This document shows, piece after piece, positions 40,061 to 52,985 of a stretch of 64,000 bases of DNA (its first letter is position 1; the number at the start of each line of letters is the position of its first letter). The notes beneath the pieces are model-generated. The model ran no database searches and was not told the origin of the DNA. It saw only the letters and a list, made by a program, of their open reading frames with translations. The stretch is from Nageia nagi (Eukaryota > Plantae > Pinophyta): NCBI GenBank assembly GCA_050084985.1, contig JBITNC010000001.1:133176001-133240000 (forward strand). The letters run 5' to 3'. The translations under genes were made by a program, and so were the position numbers.

Positions 40061-43000
40061 ATAATAATTAATGAAAGCTCCATTGCTTGTAAAATTAGAT
40101 TGCAAATTCCACAAGAACACCATTCAAGTTACAATTTAACTAGTCACATGCAAATTCCCCAATTCCAATCATAAAAGTAAGCAATTAGAGCAAATAATAA
40201 CATCTAAATCCAATAAAAAATATAACACCATGCACTATTATAAAATCCAAAACAAATAATATAATTTTGCAATGAATAATCAATAATAGGTACATTGAGT
40301 TATTCCCTCTTCGAAGTGATGACCTACCAAGTATACAAATATTTTGAATTAGATAAATGATGATATGAGGATTATATGTCTAACCCATGATCCTATTTAT
40401 ATGTAAATATAACTAGTGGATATATGATTATTCATAGATTAAATATTCTCTATTATGGTCTAATCTACAAAGCTACCTCTTTTTCCTCTGAAAAATGTAG
40501 TGAAAATATATTATCCAAAATGGATTTCTTGTAATGTAGTTTGTTGATGTATAATTACTTCCATAAAACTTGTCTTACTTTTACATTAAACTCTAGTATA
40601 TTAATGTATAGTTATTTCTTTAAAACATGTATTATTTTATACATTAAAGTGACTTACATATCCTTTCCCTTGGAGCAAGAGCACATTTCAACAAAATTCA
40701 CATGTAATGTTCTACATGTTTTGCAACTGACTACTCTATTTTTCCAAAGAAAAAGGATTTAGTTTGAAATGAGATTGCAATAAAGTTTAATTGCTATATC
40801 AAACCTATGAAATTTGATAAGAAGGTCACTTCCAACTTGATGAAGTCATGATCAAGGGAACTGATAATAATTACACAATATGATCATGAGAAGCAAGGTG
40901 CAATATATGCATATTTATTGGGTATGGTTAAGAATTTAATACTTGTTACTTTTATGATCCTAATAAACAAAATGCTATAAATAGAAAGAACATAAATTTT
41001 GATGATAGACTTATTTCTATTTTTTCTAGCTCTTTCTAAGTTCCTTCTCATATGCTGCTAAAGTTTATACTATACAAGCACTCTTCTTAAACCTGCAACT
41101 TAGGAGATTGTGATCATCATCATTTGTAGTTAATACTATCAAAGTTTTATCAAAATATCTATTCATGCATTATATGTCACTGGGTTTACATAAACAAAGA
41201 ACCACTAGTGTAAAAACCTAAAGGAACATGTTGATTTGTATGGAATTTACAAAATAAAGTTTAACAAAATATTAAACAATATGACAAATGACTATTCATT
41301 GGGGTTTTTTCTGAAAGATGAAAATTAGTTATAATACATCTACAAAAAGATGGTAAGTATTGTATTTTGTTTACATGTATTATGATTATCATGATTAGGT
41401 TTATATGAATTGGTAAATTGTGATCTTATATTTTTTAAATTACTCTTATGCACTTTCAGAATTTACATTTACATATTTGTCTTACATGTTGAAATTGATT
41501 TGAATTTATTTATCTATGTTAGGATGCTACCATAATTACCATGAAAAGTTTCATTTTTACCTGGTCCTTCAAAACCATTAATTGACCCATGCATGCTTGC
41601 CTTATAACAATCAAAATGGACCTTAGGATTTGGAGTCAGAAAGTGTTACTAGAATTCTCTTGGATGATGAGGAACCAAGGGACTTCACTATTTCTTGGAG
41701 ATTCAAGGAATGAACCAATGATTCTAAGACATAGGCTGATCTACAACATCCATATATTAGAAGTGAGTTACTTACATTACCAATTAATGAGTTATTGATT
41801 AATGATTAAAAACCTAATTATCAATTAATTAGAAAATTATGGATGTCATTATTATGTTTTGGGGTGTAGGTGTTTATTGAGAAATGTAAATGTGCAAATA
41901 TAAATTTCACACCACTCATTTTATTTTACTATTAGAGTATGGACATTTGACCTATTTTTTATTTGGGTTGATAGTAGTAGCAGCTCCATACTTCCCATTT
42001 GGGTCATCAATAGCTTCCTACTTCTCATTTAGGTCTTCACCAGATCCTAGATGACTAAAAGGGCATGGAATATTGATATGTGTTAATACCTCTTTTTGAT
42101 GGTGAACATATCTAAAGATGAGGTGGCCACTTTGATAGAATCCTACACCTAATATGATGCATTTTTGTATGAATGGGATTTTATGTGAATGGATTCTTAT
42201 GTGAACTATTCAAACTTGGATACAATTAATAATAGTAATTTATCTTCAAATTATATATACATGAAACTAAACCTTTTCATGATTCATTTTACTATATCAC
42301 CAAATATTAACTCATAGTAACAAATACTAATTGCAAAGTTTTAAATATAAATATTTAATTATTTTACAAATTATTGATTTATCCAATATATACTTATTAT
42401 ATAAATTTGAAAGACAAGTTAAACATTTTTTTTGGTAAGGTAAATGTTTAATTAATATAAGTGGGTTTACAATGGACCCAAAAACCATATACAATAGGAT
42501 AGGATAAAATATTAAAAAAATTCCCACATTGGCTTCATAAACATATTAATCCTTTATTATACAATATGAAGCTACTACTATAGACATATGCCAATATTAT
42601 ATGCCACCTTAAACTAAGCAGTTGATATGCAAAATTTGTTACCATGTGAAAAAAATCCATTAACATTTATTTTTAGGTATTATAGGCTCTTTGGGTCTAT
42701 CACCAATAAGAAATAATTTTTTTTGATAGCATGGTAGGCTCTAATTAATTCTATTGGGTCTCAGGTGAAGATTTCATTTTCTCTTAACTTGGATTAGTAT
42801 GAATTGAAGAAGAATGCAGTAGGTAGGTAGCTCCATCATTGATCCAATCTCACATTCGTAGTATAATCTTTTACTTTGCATTAAAATTTGGGGTTGCTTG
42901 CATATTTGGTACATTGTTTAAATTAAATATAATTTTCACTACCATTGAATCATCCATAGGTGCATGTAGGTCCTCCAAACCTTGACTTTTCCTTTTGAAT

Positions 43001-43808
43001 TTCCCTATTTCTAATTCCTTTAATTTTTCTAGTTCCATACCTATCTCTATTTCATGTTCCTCTTCATAAACTTGATCCTCTGTTGCTTCCTCTCTATAGG
43101 TTTCAATTAAATCCACAAGGGCATTAGCCAACACATACTTATAGATAACAATAGTAGACCCTAGCTTTGGAGAACTTTTGAATATAATCTCTTTCCCTTT
43201 TTCATCGACCTAATGAGAGAACTACATAGATAGAATGGAAAATTCATAAAGCTACCAAGAAAATGGTTCACTAAAGATAAATGGAGATCATTTATAAATA
43301 TGTATATCCTCTCAAGAGTCATATACTTCATCAAAACATGTTGAATTGTGACCCATTTCCTTGTTTGGTGCCTTGCTACATATCCTTCATCTAGAGGTGG
43401 AAGTTCACAAACTTTAGATATAAATAATTTGTTATTATCCTATTTATCATTTGTTTCTCTATGAACCAACCTTCCAATTTGAGCAATATTGATATCTATT
43501 GCAATTATATTTTCATAAAAACTAAAGGAAAATCCTTCAACTTCCACCTGAGCATTATTCCAATATGCCACTACTTCTTAAGACAATGCAATATCATGTA
43601 CCATGAATGCCTTAATGAATCAGTCTAGACTATTGTTGCATAAATCATACCATAATATTCTATCCTTCTTAATACTTGAGCATGTTCCAAGTTCCACTCG
43701 TAATATATTTCCACCCAAGATTGGAAGTGAGTTACTTTCCTTATAGATTAATGCGTTATCGATTAATGAGTAAAAACCTAGTTATTGATTAACTAGCTAA
43801 GTACCTAG

Positions 43809-44478
43809 GCACATGTTTAATTGTATGGATTAGAGGTTAATCAACCTATATTTGGAGTCTAATTGAAGTTCAATTAACCTCTACATTAAAAAAATGCATG
43901 TACGATTGTTGGAAATGTTCAAATTTTTAGGTAGGGTGATATGATGTATGGGTTAATCGACCTATGTATAAACCCCATAAATATAGTTCGATTAACCTTG
44001 GCATGAGTACGTTGTTGGCAAAGTTCAAAATTAGAGGTAGGGTGGTTTGATATATGGGTTAATTAACTTATGTTTAAACCACATAAATATAGTTCAATTA
44101 GTATAGGTCATTAATGACATCCTTGATATGTGAGATATATGTTTAGGATGGCTAGTATGAGATAATCAAACATCATCAATACCAGGGGGTTAATCAAGCA
44201 TCATCAATTTTAGGGCTAATCAAATGATGCTTACACCAATTGGTTATTCGATATCATGGATTAATAAAAAATTATTGATATGCTAACTAATTGAATGCTA
44301 ATTCATATTACATAATTAAATGGTGTTGAAGGTAGACTAATTGAATGATGTTTAGACCATGGTTAATCAAACATTGAAAAGCATTTGGGCTTAAACAAAG
44401 TTTGATTAACTCCACATGGTATGGGGGGCCATGGGATGCCATGATAGGCATGTCCTAATGACCTATGTGCATAGAGGG
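43809..44478 (-). repeat. Right terminal inverted repeat
   Basis: Reverse complement of 29367-30055; contains repeated GGTTAATC motifs. Confidence 0.9.
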
Positions 44479-44614
44479 TTAAACTAATCATGTTTAGTTT
44501 GGAATAATTGAAGTGCCTATAACCCCATGGCATGGCTTGACAAGCCATGCATGCATACTAAAGGGATAGTGTGTCAGATTATAGGGGAGAATTCTAGAGG
44601 CTATATAACCAATG

Positions 44615-44617
<3 letters not shown>

Positions 44618-44664
<47 letters not shown>
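44618..44664. repeat. (TA)n microsatellite
   Basis: Perfect ta run. Confidence 0.95.
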
Positions 44665-44666
<2 letters not shown>

Positions 44667-46110
44667 CATTAGAAAAAGGAATAGGAAATAGATGAGAAAA
44701 ATTACAAGACTGCCATCAAGTTTTGATCTAAAAGGGATTTCAAAGTCTTAAAAAAAGGTGATTTTTCAAGTTTATAATTTTGTTTATTATTCTCCTCCAT
44801 ATTAAATATCTCTCTTCCATGATTATAATGGTTCAAATGGTGAATAAAACAAAGCTATACTTTGTAAGTAATAGCTTTTCAAAATTTGAAGCTATATATA
44901 AAAAATACAAAATATGTCTAGAAGGCTCTATTGATGAACTCACCAGGATAAACTCAAGTTGATTCATAGCTTGAAAGTTGAATTATTGGTACCTTTTATT
45001 ATTATAAACATGTGGTTAAAATTTTAAATCAATTGGAATAAATAATTAAATATTATGGTTCTCACAAAATGGTAAATTCTCATTCTGCATTCATGATAGT
45101 CAAAATTTTGACAATTGCCAAGTACAAATCTATGTTGGAGGCCAACTTAATGATGATGATGTTGGGAAATAATAGTAAGGATTTAAAGTATAAAATTTAT
45201 ACCAATTAAGATAAATATATCCAAGAACACCTATATGAAATTTCATGACATTTGGAACTATAGTCATGGAGTTTTGGTCATGAAAAAATAGCACCAAAAG
45301 CAGTTTTGATAGTTTTGCAAAATCCAAAAAAATAAGAGAATATAACCATATGAGGCCAAAATAATGATACGAGAATAAAATGAAAGAGATTATTATTTTG
45401 ATGGTGAGAAAGCATATTGCAAATGAGAAAAAATAACAAATATTTTCTTATCATCATGTAACCATAAAATCCAAATTTGTAATCCTTTAATGTTATAAAA
45501 GGGAACATGGAGTATGAAAAAAATGAAATCCTTTTAGTGGATTTTCCTCCCAAGAGGGAGTTAGTGTATGTTTGAAAATAATAAAGAAGATTTCATTTTA
45601 TTATGAACTCCATGAAAAATAACAAAATGATGAGAGTAATATTGGAGGTGCATTTCAAGCTTGCATAAAAGAAGAAAAAGAACATGGACAAGATTATTGC
45701 CATGGAGAAATAAGTGGATGACATAATCATCATTATGGAAAAAAAAAATATAGAATAATTCTAAAGATGTCTTCCTAGGACAAGAGACATGGAACTATGC
45801 TCAAAGACTTTCATTGCAAAGAGACTCATATTCAATTAAGGGATTCAGTGGAGAGCTTCTAGTGATCATATGATTTGGCATCAACAAACAAAAGAGTGAA
45901 GCACAAAGTATCATACAAGTAATAGTGTAAAATGGACTCTACAATAATGGATTTCTATTTTCTACATGTAGACTACATCAGTCAAACTAGGGTAACTATG
46001 TGTGTACATCATTTTGAGTGTTTTTTATTTAGTGTGCATTTTTATTTTCATAAGCACTAAAATGAACAAAGTGTGAAGATCCAAATTAAATCTTGAAGTA
46101 GGGTTTATGG

Positions 46111-46932
46111 ATCAATTTTGAAGACACAGCAGAAAAATGAAGAGAGGCATTGATAAAAGCTGAAAAAAAAGGGAGAATAAGAAATTTGGAAGTTTGATAA
46201 AACACTAAGTTAGCCCTTTGTTCACTTTAATTTGCAAGTTTTATGGAAATTTTGGATGTTTTTCTTTACCACATTAGATCAACTATATATAGAATATTAC
46301 AATATGTTTCCAATCAATAAATCTATTATCTGCTATTCTCTACAACATATCTTTATTTTTACAATCTTACATACCAAACAATACATTTAAAATTATTAAT
46401 TAGGAAAAATCATAATAAAAGTTTTTATTAGATAATTTTAGTTACTATGATGTTTGCTGTGAAAATATTAAGTGGAATAAATTAATGGATGCAACTATCC
46501 TCCCTCCAAATTGGGTCATAATTTGGAGGAAGGATAACCTTCCTTTATAATAAATGGAAGGAGTCATTCATTATAATTAATTTATTTGACCCAATATTTT
46601 CATAGCAAACATCATAATTAGATCATTTGCAACTAAATTTATCTAATAAAAACCCTTATTACAATTTTTCCTAGACTAATCATTTTACATGTTGGATATG
46701 CAAGATTATAAAATTAAAGATATGTTGTAGAGCATAGCAGATAGTAAATTCATTATTCTATATAACATTGACTCAATGTGGTAGAGAAACATCGATAATT
46801 TCATAAAATTTGCATATGAGTGAAGAGAGGGTAAACTTGATGTTTTAGAAAACTTCCAAATTTCTTATTCACCCATTTTGTCATCTTTTTCGATGTTTCT
46901 CTTCCATTGTTTGCTATGTCTTCAAACTTGAT
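46111..46932. repeat. ~820-bp foldback (arms 46111-46512 and 46520-46932, 7-nt loop)
   Basis: Centre cctccaaatt-gggtcat-aatttggagg; gaataagaaatttggaagttt pairs with aaacttccaaatttcttattc; tctacaacatatcttta pairs with taaagatatgttgtaga. Confidence 0.9.
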
Positions 46933-49126
46933 GGCATTCCTACCTACAATTTTTCTCATTTGTTCTCTATTCTTTTTATAGTGGTAGTGTATATATATAT
47001 ATTTTCTTCAAGAGGTGGTATCCTCTTTTATTTTCTAGATCCTCCCTTTTTTTGAACCAGTAGTCCCTCTTCTATTATAAAATAAAAATCTTATTTGATT
47101 CAATTTTCCATCACCATTATTTTTATTTTTAAAACAATAATTTCTTTAGCATTCATTTAATAATTCATTTTACTTATTATTATTGTTGTTAATTTATTTA
47201 TTTTATTTTTAATTCATTCTCAAATTAACATTAAGCTTTAAAAAAAATCAAACACTTCAATTTCTTTTAAAACTAAATACTGATTATTTCAAAAAGAGAT
47301 GATAATATCATATCAAGTGAATAATATAATATTATTTTTAACAATTCTTTAATGGGTTAATTTTCTTTTTCTATTTAATAATATAATTTTAAAGAAAATA
47401 TTATTAAACAATAATGTAAATCATACATTAACAAATACAAAAAATTTATTTAATAAATTAATTATCTTAATTTACTTTATATAATTTTTATATCATTACC
47501 TTATGATTTAAATATCTCACCATTTAACTAAACATCATAGGGCTATAAAATATGATACTCACACAAGGTATACTATATCATCATACTTATTTTATTTACC
47601 TTATTATATTTTTCTCACCCTACAAGTGAGTAAAATAAAACATGATGTTAGTGACATCATAGCACTCCACAAGGACAAATCCATCCATAAGCAAACATGC
47701 ATGTATGCAAATAACCCTACATGATATAATTTTTTGTCATGGGTTGTCATCTTTTCAAACCATAATCTCCATTCCTTAACTTATTTCCCCTATGAAATAC
47801 TCATCATTGATCCACCTATTACTTCTTTTAGTGACCAATTCATCTTTGGTCAACCTGATCCTTTGAATAAACTTGAAGCCAACATCAAAGTATACATAAC
47901 ATAAATCACCATATCATATTTGTAGATACTTAAAATAGTGCTTTTTGAGTAGACATGTTTTATTATATTAATATGCCTTAAATTTTTGTTTGATTTATTT
48001 CTAATATTTTATTATACAAAATCAAACTACTCAAAATTTCAAAATAGAGCAAAAAGTGACTTAAAATACAAATATGAGCAAAAGTGTGTATCTAGCCCAA
48101 ATAACTTAAGTTTTCTCAAGAAGTATATAACTCAAATTGAAATTAGAATTCAAAATCTTGGCTCATTATTCTCCTAATTTATTTGTGCTCCTAATTCATT
48201 TTCTCACTTACACACTTATGATTTTTGCTCTCATATTATTGCTCCAAGTTACATTGCTAGGGTTTTGACACAAGGTTTGTAGGAACAAGGATTTTACTCC
48301 ATAAATCTTTATAAAATCTCTCAAAGCTTTCTTTCACACTCATGAGGTAACATTTACATCATGTTTATATGGTTGAATTGAATTATTATTTTATTTATTT
48401 GGTGTATTCAAGATTTTTTTAGGGACTTTAAGGAAATACAGCCATGGGAGAGCTTGGGAAGACTTACCTTTTATATCCTCCACCAAATTGTATACATGTA
48501 GTATGTTGTTTAGATTAAAATAAGATTATCTTATATTTTCACCATTAAAATCATTATTTTAACTCATAATAGCTTAAATATATATTGTGAACTTTCACTA
48601 TATCTCATGGGTATCATTGGATCTAATTGATCCAAGGATCTTTAAAGATTTCTTCATTTCAAGCACTTAAGGTTTTCAAGGGTTTTATGTGTTAGATATC
48701 AATTTTAGCCATAAAAATATGTAAATATTACCTCCATAGTTCAAATACATCATATAAATTGTTCAAATATCATTTAGACATAAGTATTTTCATAATTAGG
48801 CATATATAATTCATTTATTCTTAATGATTTTAGGGCTATAGGGGGCTCAAAAGCCATTTAGAGTGAGGAGACTCATTCCATGTTGACCTAGGTACCTCAA
48901 AGGGCTTAGGTTGGAGGTTACCTTTCCCATTTAAATGCATTTAAAGTTTGTTTATGTTATTACAAATTTTTAACTTATTATTCATAGATTTGGACATACC
49001 TTTATCATGTTTTCTACCTAATGCTTATTAAGAAAAGCATAGTTATGTAGTTTGAAATTTGTGTGTGAATTTGACTTTTCTATGCATGTTAGATTACATA
49101 TAGAATAAATTTTGATCTACATTAAA

Positions 49127-49144
49127 TGGTGAACCTAACATGAA
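49127..49144 (+). promoter_or_regulatory. Primer-binding site complementary to tRNA-Trp
   Basis: tggtgaacctaacatgaa vs TGGTGAACCCGACGTGAA (plant tRNA-Trp 3' complement, from memory); all 3 differences are CpG transitions. Confidence 0.7.
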
Positions 49145-52100
49145 ACAACAAAAACCTTCAAATTTAGTATTTTCCTCACCTTTTCCTTGAATTTTCAAAT
49201 TTTGCTTATATTTTTTAGTTTCTTGATTTTCTTATTTTTCACCCATTGAAGTGAAAAAATATGTAAAGCCTATAAAATTTATGATTAATTTCAAGCAAGA
49301 TTTTAATAGGATAGTCTAAGGAGAGATGCAGATCAGATATGAGATTTGGAGCTTTAATCTATTAATTTTTTCCTAAATACAATCCAAATCATGCCTGGTA
49401 ATAGTTGTATCATACCTAAAAATAGGTTTCAAAGTAGTTTCAAAGATGAAAATGAATTTTAGACTAGGCACATCATACCCCATCCTAGGCACACCATGCC
49501 TAGGTATTAGAACCCTAAGCATAGTGAACCCAAACCCCCAAGTGTACCACACCCTATAAATAGGCTTTTTAAGCTCCTATCTCAATCCCAAGATCATCGT
49601 ACCCCTAAATAGAGGCCTTATTTTCTCAAAAAAGTTATAGACCAGACATGGTTTAGACCACACCTAGAAACAAAGAATATTTTTTCTCAATTGATACATG
49701 GTTTAAATAGTGATTAGGACTAATGTATCTTAATTTTTTAATTTTTAATGAAAAACTTGTAATAGGATTAAATTTTTTAGCTTGTCCTAGCCAAACATAG
49801 TTGTGTAATAGTGTAGGGTATGTGTTTACACTTGTGATAAAGTGTACATCCATTGTTGCTTTCATTTTTGTAATTTTTGCTTAGTAATTGGCTTTAGTTT
49901 ATTTAAATATCTCTCATTTTGGAGGGACTTATAACCTACTTAGCTTTACACATGTTTATGTCTAGGTAAGAATTTGAATTTCTTTTCATACCTGATTCAT
50001 ACTATTTCATTGCTTGATGCATCTTAGGTTTGCATTATTTTGTGTTGTATGGTAGTAAAATTTCATTCATCCTTAGGGGCCTTGTTGCATACATAAGAAA
50101 TTTACTTCAAATTTAAAAACTTGGATCTTGAATTAGGGTTTATTTGCTTGTTGGGAACTTGCTTGCTCTTTGTTGAGTGCATCAAAAATCATTACTTTAC
50201 TTCATTTCATTTGAAAAGGAAAAGTTATTGAAAAGAGCATGCATTGGAAGGGATTACAAACATTATTGAGGGAGTAGTGTACACTTCATATTAATTGCAT
50301 TTCATATTTGGTTTTTGTATTAAAGTCCATCACAATCCTAGGGAGTTACTAGGGCACATGGACTTGATTACTATGACCTAACCCATCCTCAAAGATGAAA
50401 ACCAAAGTGGGATTCCCCCTCCATTTAGGATAGGTTCCTATTAAGGGTACCAAATAACCCTTACAAAATGATCTACAATCCTAGAATATTGATCATTTTC
50501 CTTGATAAGTGATTGACTAGAATCATTGTGTCTAGGGAAACATAAAAAAGGTTGTGTCAGAAAGAACAAGTGCATTAAAAACTATCAAAAATAAAATGAT
50601 AAGAATCAAAATGAACAAATAAAAATTAGGATAACTAAGAAAAAATTGCAATCTATAATCATTTCTATTTCATATAATTTTTACATCATCATCTTAAGTA
50701 TTTGTTTTATTCTTGCACCAAACTAAACAAGAATAATTTTTTGAAAAAATTGTAAGCTTTTTGTTTGGTGTTTGTTTCATTCTTGTTTGTACTTTCACTT
50801 CCATTGTACTCAATTTATAAAAGTTCAACATTTTATTTATGTGAAAAAGGATCTTGATCTATCTAAGGATTAGGTGTGATATGATGATTCCCTAGTGGGA
50901 ATGGTGGACACAAGAGCTTTAAAGAAAAAGAAGGATGAAATTGAGATAAAGGAGGAGCCAACTTTTAATGTGGATAATAAGTCCATTTAATTAATAAAGG
51001 CTTTCCAAAAGTCCCAAAAAGTCATTCCTAATGAGGGGGTAAAATTTATAGAACAAATGCATAATATTTTGGCCCAATAATCTAATCTATCTCAATAAAG
51101 CCAAAAACAACAAAATCAACTTAACCATCATGGAGCAAGTAACTCATATCAAACCTTTTCTCAAGATTTGGATTTTTTAAAATAGTTGAGTCAAACATTT
51201 ACAAATGTTCAAATGCTAGAAAGTCTAATCAAGCAAGTTCTTGGCATGCAATTTCAAACAAATAATAATCAATCTTTCCAAGATCCAATAAATCTTCAAA
51301 AGGTGCAATTTCAAATATCTATCATTCACACCTTTCAAAAAGAAATGGATCTATTTTTAAAAGATCAAAATCAATAAAGTACATAAAATCTTGTATAAAA
51401 TCAAAAAATTACATAAAATATTAGATAAAATTACCAAATTACACCATAACATTTCTTTGACATTTCAAATGCACATGAAGCTTCAAATTCAAATTCATAT
51501 GGTGAGTCAAATTATTCAACTCAAAATATATCACAAATTTCAAAAGGTTGATACATTACAAAATCTTATGGTACAACTATATGAAGAAGCTCATATTCAA
51601 GTACAAGTTAGGGATACATAATAAGCTCCATTGGAAAATTCAACTAGTGTACAAATACACCAAATCAAGTTGGGAAAAAATAACAACAAAAAGTAAAAAA
51701 AATTATTACTTTGGAAGAATCTCCAAAGAATGCTTAAGTAAATCTCATAACATTATCCAACATGAAGCACAACCCATATGCTTCAAAAAGATCTTAATAC
51801 ACAAAATATAAGTTTTGTGACTATCATATGGTCAAAGAACATAGTACCAATAGATGTAAGAGATTGAAACAAGTTCTCCATGAACTTGTTGGCAACAAAT
51901 AAATAAGTGTTGGGCATCAACATATGGCATTATCATATTGGAACATGGGATTTGATAGTAGAGCATACTCCTATTTTATATTTATCCATTGATGGATGCT
52001 TTGGGGTAGGAAAAAGTCACTCATATCCCTCATTATACATGATCTTTCCATATTGATTGTATTATTTTATTTTTAATAGCTTGTTGCATATAGTAATTAT

Positions 52101-52479
52101 GTATCCATTGTATATATCCATTATGTATCCATTTTCTATGGCCATTGTGTGATCATTATGTATAACCATGATGTTGTATTTTGGGTATAAAACACAAAAT
52201 AAAAATAAAAATAATATAAAAAGCAAATAAGAGAGAAAATTTGAACAAATGATTTGACTAAAAAGTGAACAAAGAGGTAATTTGGCATATTAACTAAAGA
52301 AAAGATTTGAATACATAATCATAACATGATCAATGAGAACTTATAAATGAATAATGATATATTGTTTATTACACCTTTTTCATACATATTCTATTATTTG
52401 AGAGGTGAGGTATTAACTATCTCAAATTAGGATCAATAACACCTTATCCTTCCACATTGGTAGCATATCATACCCATTG

Positions 52480-52985
52480 GCATTAAAATTATCCTTGAGC
52501 ATAATCCTTTGATTTCCATTTAACATAGGGAAAAGGTATCATTCTAGTGTTGTGGCCTACCATGACATTAACCTCATTATGATCCATTCAACATGGGGTA
52601 AGGAGAGCATTTCTTTACGATCCATTCAACATGGGGTAAAGAATTCATATTCCTCATAATTATCTTGAGCATAATCCCTTACAAACCATTCAGCATGGGC
52701 AAGGTTATTCTTAGAATTTCCATCTTTGTGATCCATTTAACATGGGGTAAAGTTTTTATCTTACTTTACTTTCCATAAATTAGGGCAAATTCAACATCAT
52801 CATGACCACATACAGGCTCTATTTTTAGCCCATCAGGTTCTATTTGTAGGTGCGATACATCTAGTACAAAGGAGCAGGATGTAGTGCACCTAATGTGAGG
52901 TGTAGTACACTTAGTATGAGTCATGGCACACCTAGTGCATAGTTTGCTAGGTGCAATGCACTTGGTATGAGGTGCAATGCATATA
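52480..52985 (+). repeat. Internal degenerate tandem arrays (gatccattcaacatggggtaa-type, then ggtgcaatgcacctag-type units)
   Basis: Units at ~52512, 52581, 52619, 52683 and 52730; second array at 52849-52985. Confidence 0.7.

Larger units (their letters stand above)
29367..44478 (+). mobile_element. 15.1-kb TIR DNA transposon with TTAA-flanked CCCT...AGGG ends, a decayed MULE-like DDE/SWIM transposase and captured PPR fragments
   Basis: Left end TTAA(29363-29366)|CCCTccatgcataagggtcattggggcatgcctatcatg. The reverse complement of the right end reads CCCTctatgcacataggtcattaggacatgcctatcatg, flanked by TTAA (44479-44482). Inverted similarity continues for ~680 bp. Confidence 0.8.

Noticed and set aside
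29367-44478. A canonical piggyBac element
   Set aside because: Only the termini fit; no piggyBac transposase motifs were recognised and the internal gene is MULE/SWIM-like.
52480-52790. Spaced ~21-bp repeats resembling a CRISPR array
   Set aside because: Repeats are degenerate with irregular, partly repeated spacers; they lie inside a plant LTR element and there are no cas genes.
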